64,000 nt of DNA from an uncultured Christensenella sp. (GTDB taxonomy: Bacteria; Bacillota; Clostridia; Christensenellales; UBA1242): positions 983 through 64,982 of the forward strand of contig CAZIRR010000003.1 of the NCBI GenBank assembly GCA_964541825.1, in the 5' to 3' direction. This document shows, piece by piece, positions 11,134-21,859 of the stretch (positions within the stretch are counted from its first letter, which is position 1; every line of letters starts with the position of its first letter). A program made the position numbers and the translations under genes. The notes under the pieces are model-generated. The model ran no database searches, was not told the DNA's origin, and worked only from the letters and a program-made list of their open reading frames with translations.

Positions 11134-11173
11134 AAAACACACAAGGCTTATAATTTTTTGTGTGTTTTTTTTT
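11134..11173 (+). terminator. rho-independent terminator after hup
   Basis: Stem AAAACACACAA / TTGTGTGTTTT followed by a T-run. Confidence 0.75.
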
Positions 11174-11227
11174 ATTTTAAAAGTGAAATGTGTTTGAAAA
11201 TCTTATGAGTTATTATATAATTAAATT

Positions 11228-12166
11228 ATGAAGATAAAAGATATACAATTTGAAAACAATATTTTATTAGCACCTATGGCGGGTGTAACAGATGTCGCAT
11301 TTAGGTCAATTTGCATTGATTTTGGTGCAGACGCAGGCGTTACAGAGATGATTAGTGCCAAGGCACTATCTTATGACAACAAAAAGACCGCCGACTTGCT
11401 TATAACTGCTCCTAATGAAAAAATTAAAATTGTGCAAATATTTGGTAGTGACCCCGATATTATGGCAGAAATGTGCTGTAGTCCGTACTTGCAAAAATTC
11501 GATATTATTGATATAAATATGGGCTGTCCAGCTCCCAAAATTGTCAATAATGGTGAGGGGAGTTTCCTTATGACAAATGTCCCTCTTGCCGAAAGAATAA
11601 TTCGTAAGTGCGTGCAAGCTTGTGACAAACCCATTACAGTCAAATTTAGGAGTGGGTTTGATAGCGAACACATAAACGCTGTTGAATTTGCCAAAATGTG
11701 CGAAAGGGCGGGTGCTAGTGCTATTACTATTCACGGACGTACTCGCAGTCAGATGTACAGTGGGACTGTTGACTTGGATATTATCAAAAAAGTAAAAGAA
11801 AGTGTAAATATCCCAGTAATTGCAAGTGGCGATATTGTAGATATAGAGACTTACAAAAAGACTCTAGAATATACCAAATGCGATGGTGTAATGATAGGCA
11901 GAGGGGCTCTTGGCAATCCCGCCATTTTTAGCCAAATTTTAAATAGAGAATATAATTATAATAAGTATGATGTTATCAAAAGGCATATAGATTTATTGTG
12001 CGAATATTATCCAATGTCCTTTGTGTCGGGGCATATCCGCAAACACCTCTTGTGGTATTTAAAAGGGGAATACAATGCTAGCGAAATCAAAAGATATGTT
12101 TCCACCGAGCCAGACATAAACAAAGTGCTAGATAGATTAAAATCGTTTTTTGCTGAAAATCAATAA
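11228..12166 (+). CDS. dusB: tRNA-dihydrouridine synthase
   Basis: LLAPMAGVTDVAFRSIC, INMGCPAPKIV and ITIHGRTRSQMYSG are Dus-family TIM-barrel motifs. Confidence 0.9.
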   Translation: MKIKDIQFENNILLAPMAGVTDVAFRSICIDFGADAGVTEMISAKALSYDNKKTADLLITAPNEKIKIVQIFGSDPDIMAEMCCSPYLQKFDIIDINMGCPAPKIVNNGEGSFLMTNVPLAERIIRKCVQACDKPITVKFRSGFDSEHINAVEFAKMCERAGASAITIHGRTRSQMYSGTVDLDIIKKVKESVNIPVIASGDIVDIETYKKTLEYTKCDGVMIGRGALGNPAIFSQILNREYNYNKYDVIKRHIDLLCEYYPMSFVSGHIRKHLLWYLKGEYNASEIKRYVSTEPDINKVLDRLKSFFAENQ

Positions 12167-12320
12167 ATTTTTATGTGAAAAAGATAATGAAAAGCAATAA
12201 ATTATTTGCTAAAAAATAGCAGAAAATATATAATAAAATTGATTGAGTAATGATTATTTGAATTCAATCACTTATTATCAAAAACAATAATACTTAATTA
12301 AAAATTAAATGAGGTATATT

Positions 12321-13505
12321 ATGAATAAAAAAACTATAAAAGATATTGATGTTTATGACAAAAAAGTACTTGTAAGAGTAGACTTTAATGTGCCTGTAAT
12401 TAATGGCAAAATTACAGATGACAATAGAATTATCGAAGAATTGCCTACAATCAAATATTTATTAGAAAAGGGTGCAGCCCTTATTCTTATGAGTCATTTG
12501 GGTAGACCAGAGGGCAAATTTGACCCTGCTTATTCTCTAGATGTTGTTGCTACTAGATTGCAAGAATTGTTGCCAGATACTGAAGTAATTATGGCTGAAG
12601 ACGTTGTGGGCAAAGATGCCAAGACCAAAGCTAAGAATTTGAAAATCGGACAAATTTTGCTTTTGGAAAATTTGAGATTTGACCCTAGAGAAGAAGAAAA
12701 TGACAAAGATTTTTGCAAAGAACTTGCAAGTATGGGCGAGGTATATGTAAATGATGCTTTTGGTACAGCACATAGAAAGCACGCTTCTACTTATGGCGTT
12801 GCCAAACTTCTTCCTAATGCAATAGGCTTTTTGATTGAAAAAGAATTAAATGTAATTGTAGGGACTATAAATAATCCAAAGAGACCTTTTGTAGGTATCC
12901 TTGGCGGAGCAAAAGTAAAAGACAAGATTGGCATTATAGATAGTTTGCTTGATAATGTAGATACTTTAATAATTGGCGGAGGAATGGCATATACTTTCCT
13001 TTCTGCTCTTGGATACAAAATCGGTACATCTCTTTTTGACGAAAGTAATGTAGAAGAAGCAAAAAGGCTTATGCAAAAGGCAAAAGACAAAAATGTAGAC
13101 TTCTTGTTGCCTGTAGACTTTGTGACAACAACTAGTCTAGATAGTGTAGATATCAAAGTTACCAAAGACCAAAATATCGAAGACGGATTTATGGGTGTTG
13201 ATATTGGCAAAAAATCAATTAAATTGTTTACAAAAGCTATCAAAAAAGCAAAAACTGTTATCTGGAATGGCCCAGTTGGGGTATTTGAGAAAAAAGAATT
13301 TGCTGTAGGTACTTATTCTATTGCCAAAGCATTGACCAAAGTAAAAGGAACAACAATTATTGGTGGCGGAGATAGTGCAAGTGCTGTTATCAATATGAAA
13401 CTTGCTCATAAAATGACACATATCTCAACTGGCGGTGGTGCTTCGTTGAAGTTGTTTGAAGGCAAAGTTTTGCCAGGTGTAGACGTAATAGACAATATAC
13501 AATAA
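12321..13505 (+). CDS. pgk: phosphoglycerate kinase
   Basis: VLVRVDFNVP, SHLGRPEG, NLRFDPREEEND and GGGDSA motifs. ATG at 12321 (MNKKTIKDIDV) follows GAGG. Confidence 0.95.
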   Translation: MNKKTIKDIDVYDKKVLVRVDFNVPVINGKITDDNRIIEELPTIKYLLEKGAALILMSHLGRPEGKFDPAYSLDVVATRLQELLPDTEVIMAEDVVGKDAKTKAKNLKIGQILLLENLRFDPREEENDKDFCKELASMGEVYVNDAFGTAHRKHASTYGVAKLLPNAIGFLIEKELNVIVGTINNPKRPFVGILGGAKVKDKIGIIDSLLDNVDTLIIGGGMAYTFLSALGYKIGTSLFDESNVEEAKRLMQKAKDKNVDFLLPVDFVTTTSLDSVDIKVTKDQNIEDGFMGVDIGKKSIKLFTKAIKKAKTVIWNGPVGVFEKKEFAVGTYSIAKALTKVKGTTIIGGGDSASAVINMKLAHKMTHISTGGGASLKLFEGKVLPGVDVIDNIQ

Positions 13506-13522
13506 TTAGCAAGGTGTAGATT

Positions 13523-14269
13523 ATGAAGAAACTATATTTAATTGGAAATATGAAAATGAATATGAGTTTGAGTGAACTTGAGCCATATTTTGATAAGATT
13601 ACCGCTATAGCGAATTCAACAAGCAATGTTGTAGGTGTTTGTTTGCCATCAGTTTATATCAATATGGCCAAATATATGCTTGAAGGCTCCAAAGTTTTGT
13701 ATGGTGCAGAGAATATGCATTATGCAGACAAAGGTGCGTATACAGGAGAAATAAGTGCAAGTATGCTCAATGACTTCAATTGCGATTTGGTCATAATTGG
13801 CCATAGCGAAAGAAGACAATTATTTCACGAAAGTTTAGAAGAGATTAATCTAAAAGTTAAAAAGGCTTTGAGTGAAGGTCTTACACCAATTTTATGCTTT
13901 GGTGAGACTTTGGAAGAGAGAAACTCTGCCCAAACTTTTAATGTTGTCGAAAATCAAATAGTTTCTGCTTTACAAGGTCTTGATGACGAAGATATTGCAA
14001 GAATTATCTTTGCATACGAGCCAGTATGGGCAATTGGCACAGGTGTAAGTGCCACATCTATTCAAGCCGAAGAGATATGTTCGTTCGCCAAGAAATTGTT
14101 AAAAGAACATTTTGGACAAAATACATCTATAGTTCTTTATGGCGGAAGTCTAAAACCAGAAAATGCTCAAGATATATTGTCCAAACCAAGTATTGATGGT
14201 GGGCTAATAGGCGGGGCTTGTTTGAAAATTGCCGATTTTGAAAAGATTATAATGACGAAGGTAGAATAA
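13523..14269 (+). CDS. tpiA: triosephosphate isomerase
   Basis: [25 protein letters not shown] and GGSLKPEN motifs. Confidence 0.95.
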   Translation: MKKLYLIGNMKMNMSLSELEPYFDKITAIANSTSNVVGVCLPSVYINMAKYMLEGSKVLYGAENMHYADKGAYTGEISASMLNDFNCDLVIIGHSERRQLFHESLEEINLKVKKALSEGLTPILCFGETLEERNSAQTFNVVENQIVSALQGLDDEDIARIIFAYEPVWAIGTGVSATSIQAEEICSFAKKLLKEHFGQNTSIVLYGGSLKPENAQDILSKPSIDGGLIGGACLKIADFEKIIMTKVE

Positions 14270-15789
14270 TGAAAAAAACAGTTGCTCTAGTAATAATGGA
14301 CGGATTTGGTTATAGTAAGGAAACTCAAGGTAATGCAATTTTTACTGCCGAGACCCCAAATATAGACTTATTTCAAAAGAACTATCCTACAACCCTTATA
14401 AATGCATCGGGTAGAGCGGTAGGCTTGCCAGAAGGGCAGATGGGCAATAGCGAAGTAGGACATCTAAATTTGGGAGCGGGAAGAGTTGTTTATCAAGATA
14501 TTACAATGATAGACAAAGCAATCGAAGATGGCGAGTTTTTCAAAAATACAAAACTAAAAGAAGCAATGGAAATCTTGGGTAAAGACAATTCATTGCATTT
14601 GGTGGGCTTGCTTTCTGATGGTGGAGTGCATAGTTCTATAAATCATTTATTTGCATTGCTAGAAATGGCAAAAAAAATGAATGTAAAAAAAGTGTATGTA
14701 CACTGCATTACAGATGGAAGAGACGTTCCACCCGATAGCGGAATTAAATTTGTGCAAATACTAGAAGAAAAGATGAAAAAGATAGGTGTTGGCTCTATTG
14801 CTACTCTTATAGGTAGATATTATTATATGGATAGAGACAAACGTTGGGATAGAGTAGAAAAAGGCTACAATTGTGTCTTTAATGGTGTAGGTAATAGATT
14901 TACTAGTGCAGAAAAAGCCATCAGTTCTAGCTATAAAAACGATATTACAGATGAATTTGTAGAGCCTAGCATTATTGGCGATTACAATGGCGTCAAAGAC
15001 GGAGATAGTGTGATATTTTTCAATTTTAGGTCGGATAGAGCAAGGGAAATATCCCACGCTGTTCTTGACGAAAAATTTGATAGTTTTGCTAGAATCAAAA
15101 AAGATGTTTATTACGTAGGAATGACCGAATACGATGTAACTCTAAAAAACATTCATACGGCATTCCCTCCTAAAGATATCAAAAATACTCTTGGCGAATA
15201 TTTGGCAAAAAATGATTATAATCAATTAAGAATTGCCGAGACAGAAAAATATGCTCACGTTACATTCTTCTTTAATGGTGGAATTGAGGCACCAAATACT
15301 AATGAAGATAGAATTCTAATCCCATCGCCCAAGGTTGCCACTTATGACTTAAAACCAGAAATGAGTGCTTTGGAAGTTACAGAAAAAGCAGTAGAGGCGG
15401 TAGGCAAATACGATGTGATTATCTTGAATTTTGCCAATTGTGATATGGTGGGGCATACAGGTGTATTTAATGCTTGTGTGCGAGCTGTAGAAACGGTAGA
15501 TACTTGTGTAAAAAACTTTGTAAACAAGATTTTGGAAGTGGGTGGAGTAGCATTACTTACGGCTGACCACGGAAATGCCGAAAAGATGACTTTTGAGGAC
15601 GGCTCACCTTGTACTTCTCATACTACCAATCTTGTACCTTTTAGCGTAATAGGTGATGATTACAAAGGTTGCAAACTAAGAGATAATATGGCACTATGTG
15701 ATGTCGCTCCTACTATGCTAGAAATATTGGGACTAGAAAAACCTGTAGAAATGACAGGGGAGAGTATACTTTGTCCTAATTTAAAATAA
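14269..15789 (+). CDS. gpmI: 2,3-bisphosphoglycerate-independent phosphoglycerate mutase
   Basis: [35 protein letters not shown] and ADHGNAE motifs. Its start overlaps the tpiA stop (TAATG). Confidence 0.95.
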   Translation: MKKTVALVIMDGFGYSKETQGNAIFTAETPNIDLFQKNYPTTLINASGRAVGLPEGQMGNSEVGHLNLGAGRVVYQDITMIDKAIEDGEFFKNTKLKEAMEILGKDNSLHLVGLLSDGGVHSSINHLFALLEMAKKMNVKKVYVHCITDGRDVPPDSGIKFVQILEEKMKKIGVGSIATLIGRYYYMDRDKRWDRVEKGYNCVFNGVGNRFTSAEKAISSSYKNDITDEFVEPSIIGDYNGVKDGDSVIFFNFRSDRAREISHAVLDEKFDSFARIKKDVYYVGMTEYDVTLKNIHTAFPPKDIKNTLGEYLAKNDYNQLRIAETEKYAHVTFFFNGGIEAPNTNEDRILIPSPKVATYDLKPEMSALEVTEKAVEAVGKYDVIILNFANCDMVGHTGVFNACVRAVETVDTCVKNFVNKILEVGGVALLTADHGNAEKMTFEDGSPCTSHTTNLVPFSVIGDDYKGCKLRDNMALCDVAPTMLEILGLEKPVEMTGESILCPNLK

Positions 15790-15812
15790 CGAAACTTTTG
15801 AAGGATAAATTT

Positions 15813-16049
15813 ATGAATTTAATGCTAGGGGCATTTGCAAATTTTTGGTATACGTTTTATAATACTTGCTTTAGAAATGTAGATACCAAGGTTAGATACA
15901 CTGTAGGTGGAATTTTGATATTATTATCAATCGTTGTATTTATATTTTGTACCAAAGGTAAGAGCAAAAGCGAACTTGTCAATAATTGGTTTTTGTTTTG
16001 GATTTCAATGATTTTGTTGATTTGTGGTGTATTATATATGTCAATATGA
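15813..16049 (+). CDS. small two-TM hypothetical membrane protein
   Basis: ORF with two hydrophobic segments. ATG at 15813 is preferred over the TTG at 15798. No homology recognised. Confidence 0.4.
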   Translation: MNLMLGAFANFWYTFYNTCFRNVDTKVRYTVGGILILLSIVVFIFCTKGKSKSELVNNWFLFWISMILLICGVLYMSI

Positions 16050-16122
16050 CCAAAAAATATTGCTAAATTAATAATAATGTGATAAACTTAAATGAATTTA
16101 AATACTATATTAGGAGAATTTT

Positions 16123-16425
16123 ATGAACTTCAGTTTTTTATGTGATGTATCAGCAGGTGTAGCAGATACCCTAACAGTCGTTAGGTCGATACTTCTTATT
16201 CTTACTGCTATAGCATCAATTGCAATTATTGTTGCAGTACTTATTCAACCATCAAATCCTGATGGCGGTAGAAATGTAATAACTGGCACAAACGATAGTT
16301 ATTATGCACAAAATAAAGGCGACACCAAAGAAGGTAGACTAAAGAAAATTATTATTATCTGCTCGGTAGTAATTTTGGTACTAACTATTGCTTTTTATGT
16401 AATTGAGCATTTCTTTGCTGGCTAA
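16123..16425 (+). CDS. secG: preprotein translocase subunit SecG-like protein
   Basis: Two TM helices flank a G/N-rich loop, with VLIQPSN resembling the SecG VLLQxGKG segment. It lies immediately upstream of rnr, as in Bacillus (secG-rnr-smpB-ssrA). SD is AGGAG. Confidence 0.6.
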   Translation: MNFSFLCDVSAGVADTLTVVRSILLILTAIASIAIIVAVLIQPSNPDGGRNVITGTNDSYYAQNKGDTKEGRLKKIIIICSVVILVLTIAFYVIEHFFAG

Positions 16426-16442
16426 TATAAAAAAATAAAGAG

Positions 16443-16474
16443 AGGCTTTTTGTAAAACAAAAAAGCCTTTTTTA
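16443..16474 (+). terminator. rho-independent terminator after secG
   Basis: Stem AGGCTTTTTG / CAAAAAAGCCT followed by a T-run. Confidence 0.7.
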
Positions 16475-16488
16475 TACAAAAGGAATTT

Positions 16489-18729
16489 ATGGAAGAATTA
16501 GACGAATTAATAATTAATCAAATAAAAACAAATAAATTGGACAATCTCGAATATGACTTTATAATTAGTCAATTATCTGTACTTAATAATAAACCATACG
16601 AATTAATCAAAATGACGCTAGATAGACTTGTGGGAGACAAAAAAGTTGTTTTGAAAAAACTAAAGAGTGAGAAGCCTGTCAAAAAAGAAAAAAGAATTAC
16701 TTCATATGACAAATCTGGACCTTCGTCACCATACACTTCAAATCGTCAAAACAATATCGACCTTGCATACGATATTTTGAATAAAAAAGATAAAAAATCC
16801 AATTCCAAAGTGCAGAAAGTTCAAGGGAAATTGCAAGGAACGTCCAAAGGTTATGCTTTTCTTATTCCCGATGATATTCAATTGGAAGATGTTTTTGTGG
16901 CAGAAAAAGACTTGAATGGAGCTATGCACGGAGACAGAGTAGTCGTAGTCGTTAGAAATAATGGCGGTAGGCGAATGGAAGGCAAAGTCATACAAGTAAT
17001 CGAAAGAGGTAGCCTAAGAGTTGTAGGACTACTTAAAATTGTCAAAAAAATCGCTTTTGTTGTGCCTGATGATGTAAAGTTTGGCAAAGATATTTCTATA
17101 ACTCTAGACAAATTGAATGGTGCCAAAGACGGACAAAAAGTTGTAGCAAAAATCACTAGATATTATGCTAGCAAAAGAAATCCTGACGGCGAAATTGTAG
17201 AAATTTTGGGAGAGCCTAACAAGATTGATACCGAAGTCAAAGCTGTTATTCGTGGATATGGGCTTAGTGACAATTTCCCAACGAAAGTGCTAGAGAGTGC
17301 CAAATATTTGCCCGAGAGTATAAATAAATCGGATTATCCAAATAGGCTTGATTATACAAATAATATTTGTTTTACTATTGATGGAGAGGATACTAGAGAT
17401 ATAGATGACGCTATTTCTATAGATATCGCCAAGAATGGTAATAGAGTTTTGGGTGTACATATAGCAGATGTTGGTGAATACGTAAAGAGAGATAATGTTT
17501 TTGACAAAGAAGCTTTTAGAAGAGGGACAAGTGTTTATTTTCCAAATTTGGTTTTGCCAATGTTGCCTAGAGAATTATCCAATGGAATATGCTCATTAAA
17601 CGAGAGGGTAGATAGACTTGCACTTAGTTGTTTTATGGAATTTGATAATAATGCAAATTTAGTTGATTACAAAATTTGTGAGAGTATTATCAATTCCAAA
17701 AAGAGATTTACATATACCGAGGTGCAGAGGGTATTTGATGGTACCAATGACCAGCCCGAAGAACTTATTGAGAAATTAAATTTGATGAGAGGACTTGCCA
17801 AACAATTAGCCGACAGTAGAGTAAAACGTGGGGCTATAGAATTTAATATCCCCGAAGTTCAAGTTTATCTAAATGACTTGGGAGATGTCCTAAACCTAAA
17901 GAAAAGAGAAAATAACGAAAGTCATAAACTGATAGAATCGTTTATGATAGTTGCAAACGAGACAATTGCGACACATTTCTTATCCAAAAATATACCTTTT
18001 GTGTATAGAATTCACGAAAAGCCAGATGTCGAAAAAATAGAGAGATTGGTAGGAATGCTCAATACATTTGGTATTTCCCACAAAATTAATCCAGAAGATG
18101 TCGAGCCAAAAGATATCCAAATTTTGCTTAATTCTATAGAGGGAGAGTCTCCTGAATACGTTATAAATAAGATTGCTCTAAGATGTATGAAGAAGGCAAA
18201 ATATTCTCCCGAATGTATAGGCCACTATGGAATTGCTAGCCCTAAATATTGTCACTTTACAAGCCCGATTAGAAGATATCCAGATTTGACAATCCATAGA
18301 ATTATCAAAGAATATTTGCATAATGAAATTGACGATAGAGAAAAATTAATTCTAAAAGAATTTGTTAATTACGCATCAATACAATCTAGCGAAACGGAGA
18401 GGAATGCTGAGAGTGTAGAAAGAGATGTAGACGATTTGTATAGAGTATTCTATATGACCCATCATATTGGTGAAGAATTTGATGGGATAATCAGTTCGGT
18501 GACAAATTTTGGTGTGTTTGTTGAACTTGATAATACTGTCGAAGGAATGATAAGAATAGACAAATTACCTAATGACCAATACGAATTTTTTGAAGATAGA
18601 TTTTGCTTAAAAGGATATAATAATAAATTTGCAATAGGTGATAAACTTAGAGTAAAAAGCGTAAGAGCGGATATTTTAAGCAAAGAGATTGATTTTGAAT
18701 TGGTTAGCGTTATCAAAGATAATATGTAA
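16489..18729 (+). CDS. rnr: ribonuclease R
   Basis: RNB catalytic region (FTIDGEDTRDIDDAIS, YFPNLVLPMLP, HYGIASPKYCHFTSPIRRYPD) plus a C-terminal S1 domain (FDGIISSVTNFGVFVEL). Confidence 0.95.
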   Translation: MEELDELIINQIKTNKLDNLEYDFIISQLSVLNNKPYELIKMTLDRLVGDKKVVLKKLKSEKPVKKEKRITSYDKSGPSSPYTSNRQNNIDLAYDILNKKDKKSNSKVQKVQGKLQGTSKGYAFLIPDDIQLEDVFVAEKDLNGAMHGDRVVVVVRNNGGRRMEGKVIQVIERGSLRVVGLLKIVKKIAFVVPDDVKFGKDISITLDKLNGAKDGQKVVAKITRYYASKRNPDGEIVEILGEPNKIDTEVKAVIRGYGLSDNFPTKVLESAKYLPESINKSDYPNRLDYTNNICFTIDGEDTRDIDDAISIDIAKNGNRVLGVHIADVGEYVKRDNVFDKEAFRRGTSVYFPNLVLPMLPRELSNGICSLNERVDRLALSCFMEFDNNANLVDYKICESIINSKKRFTYTEVQRVFDGTNDQPEELIEKLNLMRGLAKQLADSRVKRGAIEFNIPEVQVYLNDLGDVLNLKKRENNESHKLIESFMIVANETIATHFLSKNIPFVYRIHEKPDVEKIERLVGMLNTFGISHKINPEDVEPKDIQILLNSIEGESPEYVINKIALRCMKKAKYSPECIGHYGIASPKYCHFTSPIRRYPDLTIHRIIKEYLHNEIDDREKLILKEFVNYASIQSSETERNAESVERDVDDLYRVFYMTHHIGEEFDGIISSVTNFGVFVELDNTVEGMIRIDKLPNDQYEFFEDRFCLKGYNNKFAIGDKLRVKSVRADILSKEIDFELVSVIKDNM

Positions 18730-18738
18730 ACAAAAAAA

Positions 18739-18766
18739 GACAACTAATTATTAGTTGCCTTTTTTC
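18739..18766. terminator. bidirectional hairpin between convergent rnr and the glycosyltransferase gene
   Basis: CAACTAA / TTAGTTG stem flanked by an A-run and a T-run. It overlaps the last codons of the minus-strand gene. Confidence 0.5.
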
Positions 18767-19902
18767 TTTTTCTTTTCTATTATTTCAAACATCATTTGTT
18801 CCATTCTTTTCATACATTCTTCTTGATTAAATGTAAATGATGAATTTAGATATTTGTCTGCTACAAGTTGCCTTTCTTCTTTGTTTTCTATCCAATAGTC
18901 AATAACTCTTGCCAAATCTTTGTAATCTCTAGATTTGAATATGCATCTATTATCGACAGCAAATTCTTTTGTGGCAGACAAAGGACTATCAGAAACAATC
19001 GTCAATTTTCCACAAGCGATAGCTTCCAAACAGGCGATACCTTCTAGTTCAATTTCTGCTGGGTGGACATATAAATCTGAGAAATTAAGAACATCAATTA
19101 TTTCATTTCTTGCAAACAATCCAAAGTGTGTATTTATGCCAAATTTTTGACTTAAATTTCTATACTGTTTTTCCTTTTGTCCCTTGCCTGCGAGGATTAA
19201 TTGTATTTGATCTTTGTATTTGGACAAATTAATTGCACGGATTAGCGTGTCTTGAGATTTTTCTCTAGAATATCTACCTGTTGACAAAATTATTATCTTG
19301 TCTTTCCATTTGTCTGGCTTTGGAGTATCTCTTCTTTCTACATAACTATGTACGCCATTGGATATCACATATCCAGGAGTTTCTTTTTTGATATTACTTT
19401 CAAAAATATCTCTAATAAACTTGGTAGGATAGTGAATGCCGTCTACATATTGGAATTGGTTTTTCCAAATATATTTGTATACCAAATTATTGGCATATTT
19501 AATTTTGTTTAGTTTGAAATATGATGTAAAGTTTTCGGCTTGCATATGAAAGCCAGCTGTAATAGGCAAGCCCATTTCTTTGGCTATTTTGCAAGCGCTT
19601 ATGCCAAGTTTTAATGGCACCATAATATGACAAATATCGCAACCATCTAGTGCTTGCCTAATTATATCTTTATCTGGTTTGGCAAGAGTAACGCCAACTT
19701 TGTCGACATATTTATTAAGCATTTTGCCAAAATTTAAATTTGGCACAACAAATACATTTTCTTGACCTTTTTTGTCTTGGTCTCCACAAAGAATTCTAAC
19801 GGTGTGTCCTTGTGCTTTTAGAAATCTAATCAAGTTCATAGCGGCAACAGTTGTGCCGTTACTTTCTTCACCTAATACATCACAAACGATTGTAATTATC
19901 AT
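18751..19902 (-). CDS. GT4-family glycosyltransferase (diacylglycerol glycosyltransferase-like)
   Basis: N-terminus MIITIVCDVLGEESNGTTVAAMNLIRFLKAQGHTVRIL and C-terminal EIELEGIACLEAIACGK fit the GT-B/GT4 EX7E pattern. The glycolipid-synthase assignment is inference only. Confidence 0.7.
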   Translation of the reverse strand: MIITIVCDVLGEESNGTTVAAMNLIRFLKAQGHTVRILCGDQDKKGQENVFVVPNLNFGKMLNKYVDKVGVTLAKPDKDIIRQALDGCDICHIMVPLKLGISACKIAKEMGLPITAGFHMQAENFTSYFKLNKIKYANNLVYKYIWKNQFQYVDGIHYPTKFIRDIFESNIKKETPGYVISNGVHSYVERRDTPKPDKWKDKIIILSTGRYSREKSQDTLIRAINLSKYKDQIQLILAGKGQKEKQYRNLSQKFGINTHFGLFARNEIIDVLNFSDLYVHPAEIELEGIACLEAIACGKLTIVSDSPLSATKEFAVDNRCIFKSRDYKDLARVIDYWIENKEERQLVADKYLNSSFTFNQEECMKRMEQMMFEIIEKKKKKGN

Positions 19903-20065
19903 AATATCTTCCCTTCAAGTTTATTGTAATTAAACTTTTTCACAAAATATATTGTAAATTTGTAATTGTATTGTAGTATATTTTTGTCGAAATGTAAAAT
20001 TAAAATAAACATATTGTCGTGAAAATGATAATTTTTTGTCAATATTTAGATGTTTGCGTTATCGA

Positions 20066-21856
20066 TTATTCTACCGTTACGCTTTTTGCTAGATTTCTAG
20101 GTTTGTCTGGGTTGAGTCCTTTTTTGATAGAAGTGAAGTAGGCTAGCCATTGGAAAAATTCAATTGCGATTAGCGGAGATAGTTCTTCATTTGAAGGGGA
20201 TAAATTTATATTCATATATACGTTCTCCAATTTTTCATCGCTAATTGTCAAATTTGAAACCATTACAATTTTGCCACCCCTTGAATGAATTTCGTGGGCA
20301 CTATTGAGAGTTTTGTCAAGCAAGTCTTTTTGTGTCGCTAAAACAAATACAATTGTATTGCTATCGACTAGGGCTAGAAATCCGTGCTTTAATTCTCCAG
20401 AAGGATAGGCGGAGGAATTGATATATGTAATTTCTTTTAATTTTAAACTTGCTTCTTCTGTTGTTATATAATCTATATCTCGACCTATAAAAAACACATT
20501 TGAAGCTTTTTGTAAGTCATTAGATAATTGGTCAATTTTTTGAAAATATTCTTCTTTAGTATTCAAGAAATCTCGCAAGATAGAATATGAATTGTTTTCT
20601 TTGTTAAATTTAATTTTTTCTAGATATTTTGCAAAAAGATATAATATAGCAATCTGAGAAGTGTATGCTTTTGTAGAAGCTACAGCGAGTTCCGGGCCTG
20701 CACATACGGGGAATATTGCATCTACATTTTGGGCAAGTGTGCTATACAAAACATTTGTGAGTGCTATAGTTTTTATGCCTTTTGATTTTGCAATTTCCAA
20801 AGCTCCTAGGGTGTCGGCAGTTTCTCCGCTTTGGCTTACAAAAATGGCAATTGTGTCTTTATCTATTACTGTGTCGTTGTATCTAAATTCGCTAGCTATA
20901 TATGCACTTGCACTTATTTTAGAATACTTTTCTATAAATTTTGCACCCATTAGACCTGCGTGATATGCCGTCCCACAACCTATTAATAAAATCTTTTTTG
21001 CGTTTAACAAATTGCTTATGTCTAGGCGTTTGAATATATTATCTTGACTATATATATCCAAGACACTGCTTATTACATCTTTTTCTTGAGATATTTCTTT
21101 TTGCATATAATGTGAGTACTTGCCTAGTTTAGAATCCCTATTTGTTAAATTGAGTTTTGTTGGAATTCTGTCAATTAATGCCAAGTTATTGTCATAAATT
21201 TCAATGCAATTTGCAGAAACTCTGGCAAATTCAAAATTTTGAAGAGTGAAATATTCTTGGCATTTATCTACAAAGCAAATTGGGTCACTTGCTATATAAT
21301 TTCCATCTTTGCCATAAGCTACATAAAGTGGACTCTCTTTTCTCGCTACCAAGATTTGTTGAGGATTATTCTTTTCTATAGTTGCGATAGCATAACTTCC
21401 ACTAAGTTTGTCACAAGCAAATTTGAGAGCTTCAAGTCCAGTCTTGTGAGATAATTGAAGTAGATGGGCTATGGCCTCGGTGTCTGTTTCGCTTATGTAT
21501 TTTATATGGTGAGTACTTATCAATTCTTTTTTGATTGTTAGATAATTTTCTATAATGCCATTATGTACAATTGCCCAGTTTCCATCTTCACTAGAGTGAG
21601 GGTGGGCATTTGTAATATTTGCCTTGCCGTGGGTTGCCCATCGAGTGTGAGCTATTCCACAAGTATTAGATATGTCGTCTGCGATAAATTTTCGTAGATT
21701 GCTTACTGCTCCTATAGATTTGTTGATAATAATATTATTATCTTTCACATATGACATTCCTGCCGAGTCGTATCCTCGATACTCAACTTTTTCTAATAAA
21801 TCTATTAATTGCTCTTTAATATTTTCTTTGCCTATAAATCCTACAATTCCGCACAT
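20066..21856 (-). CDS. glmS: glutamine--fructose-6-phosphate aminotransferase
   Basis: MCGIVGFIG N-terminal nucleophile, two SIS domains, and a C-terminal KPRNLAKSVTVE. Confidence 0.97.
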   Translation of the reverse strand: MCGIVGFIGKENIKEQLIDLLEKVEYRGYDSAGMSYVKDNNIIINKSIGAVSNLRKFIADDISNTCGIAHTRWATHGKANITNAHPHSSEDGNWAIVHNGIIENYLTIKKELISTHHIKYISETDTEAIAHLLQLSHKTGLEALKFACDKLSGSYAIATIEKNNPQQILVARKESPLYVAYGKDGNYIASDPICFVDKCQEYFTLQNFEFARVSANCIEIYDNNLALIDRIPTKLNLTNRDSKLGKYSHYMQKEISQEKDVISSVLDIYSQDNIFKRLDISNLLNAKKILLIGCGTAYHAGLMGAKFIEKYSKISASAYIASEFRYNDTVIDKDTIAIFVSQSGETADTLGALEIAKSKGIKTIALTNVLYSTLAQNVDAIFPVCAGPELAVASTKAYTSQIAILYLFAKYLEKIKFNKENNSYSILRDFLNTKEEYFQKIDQLSNDLQKASNVFFIGRDIDYITTEEASLKLKEITYINSSAYPSGELKHGFLALVDSNTIVFVLATQKDLLDKTLNSAHEIHSRGGKIVMVSNLTISDEKLENVYMNINLSPSNEELSPLIAIEFFQWLAYFTSIKKGLNPDKPRNLAKSVTVE

Positions 21857-21859
21857 ATA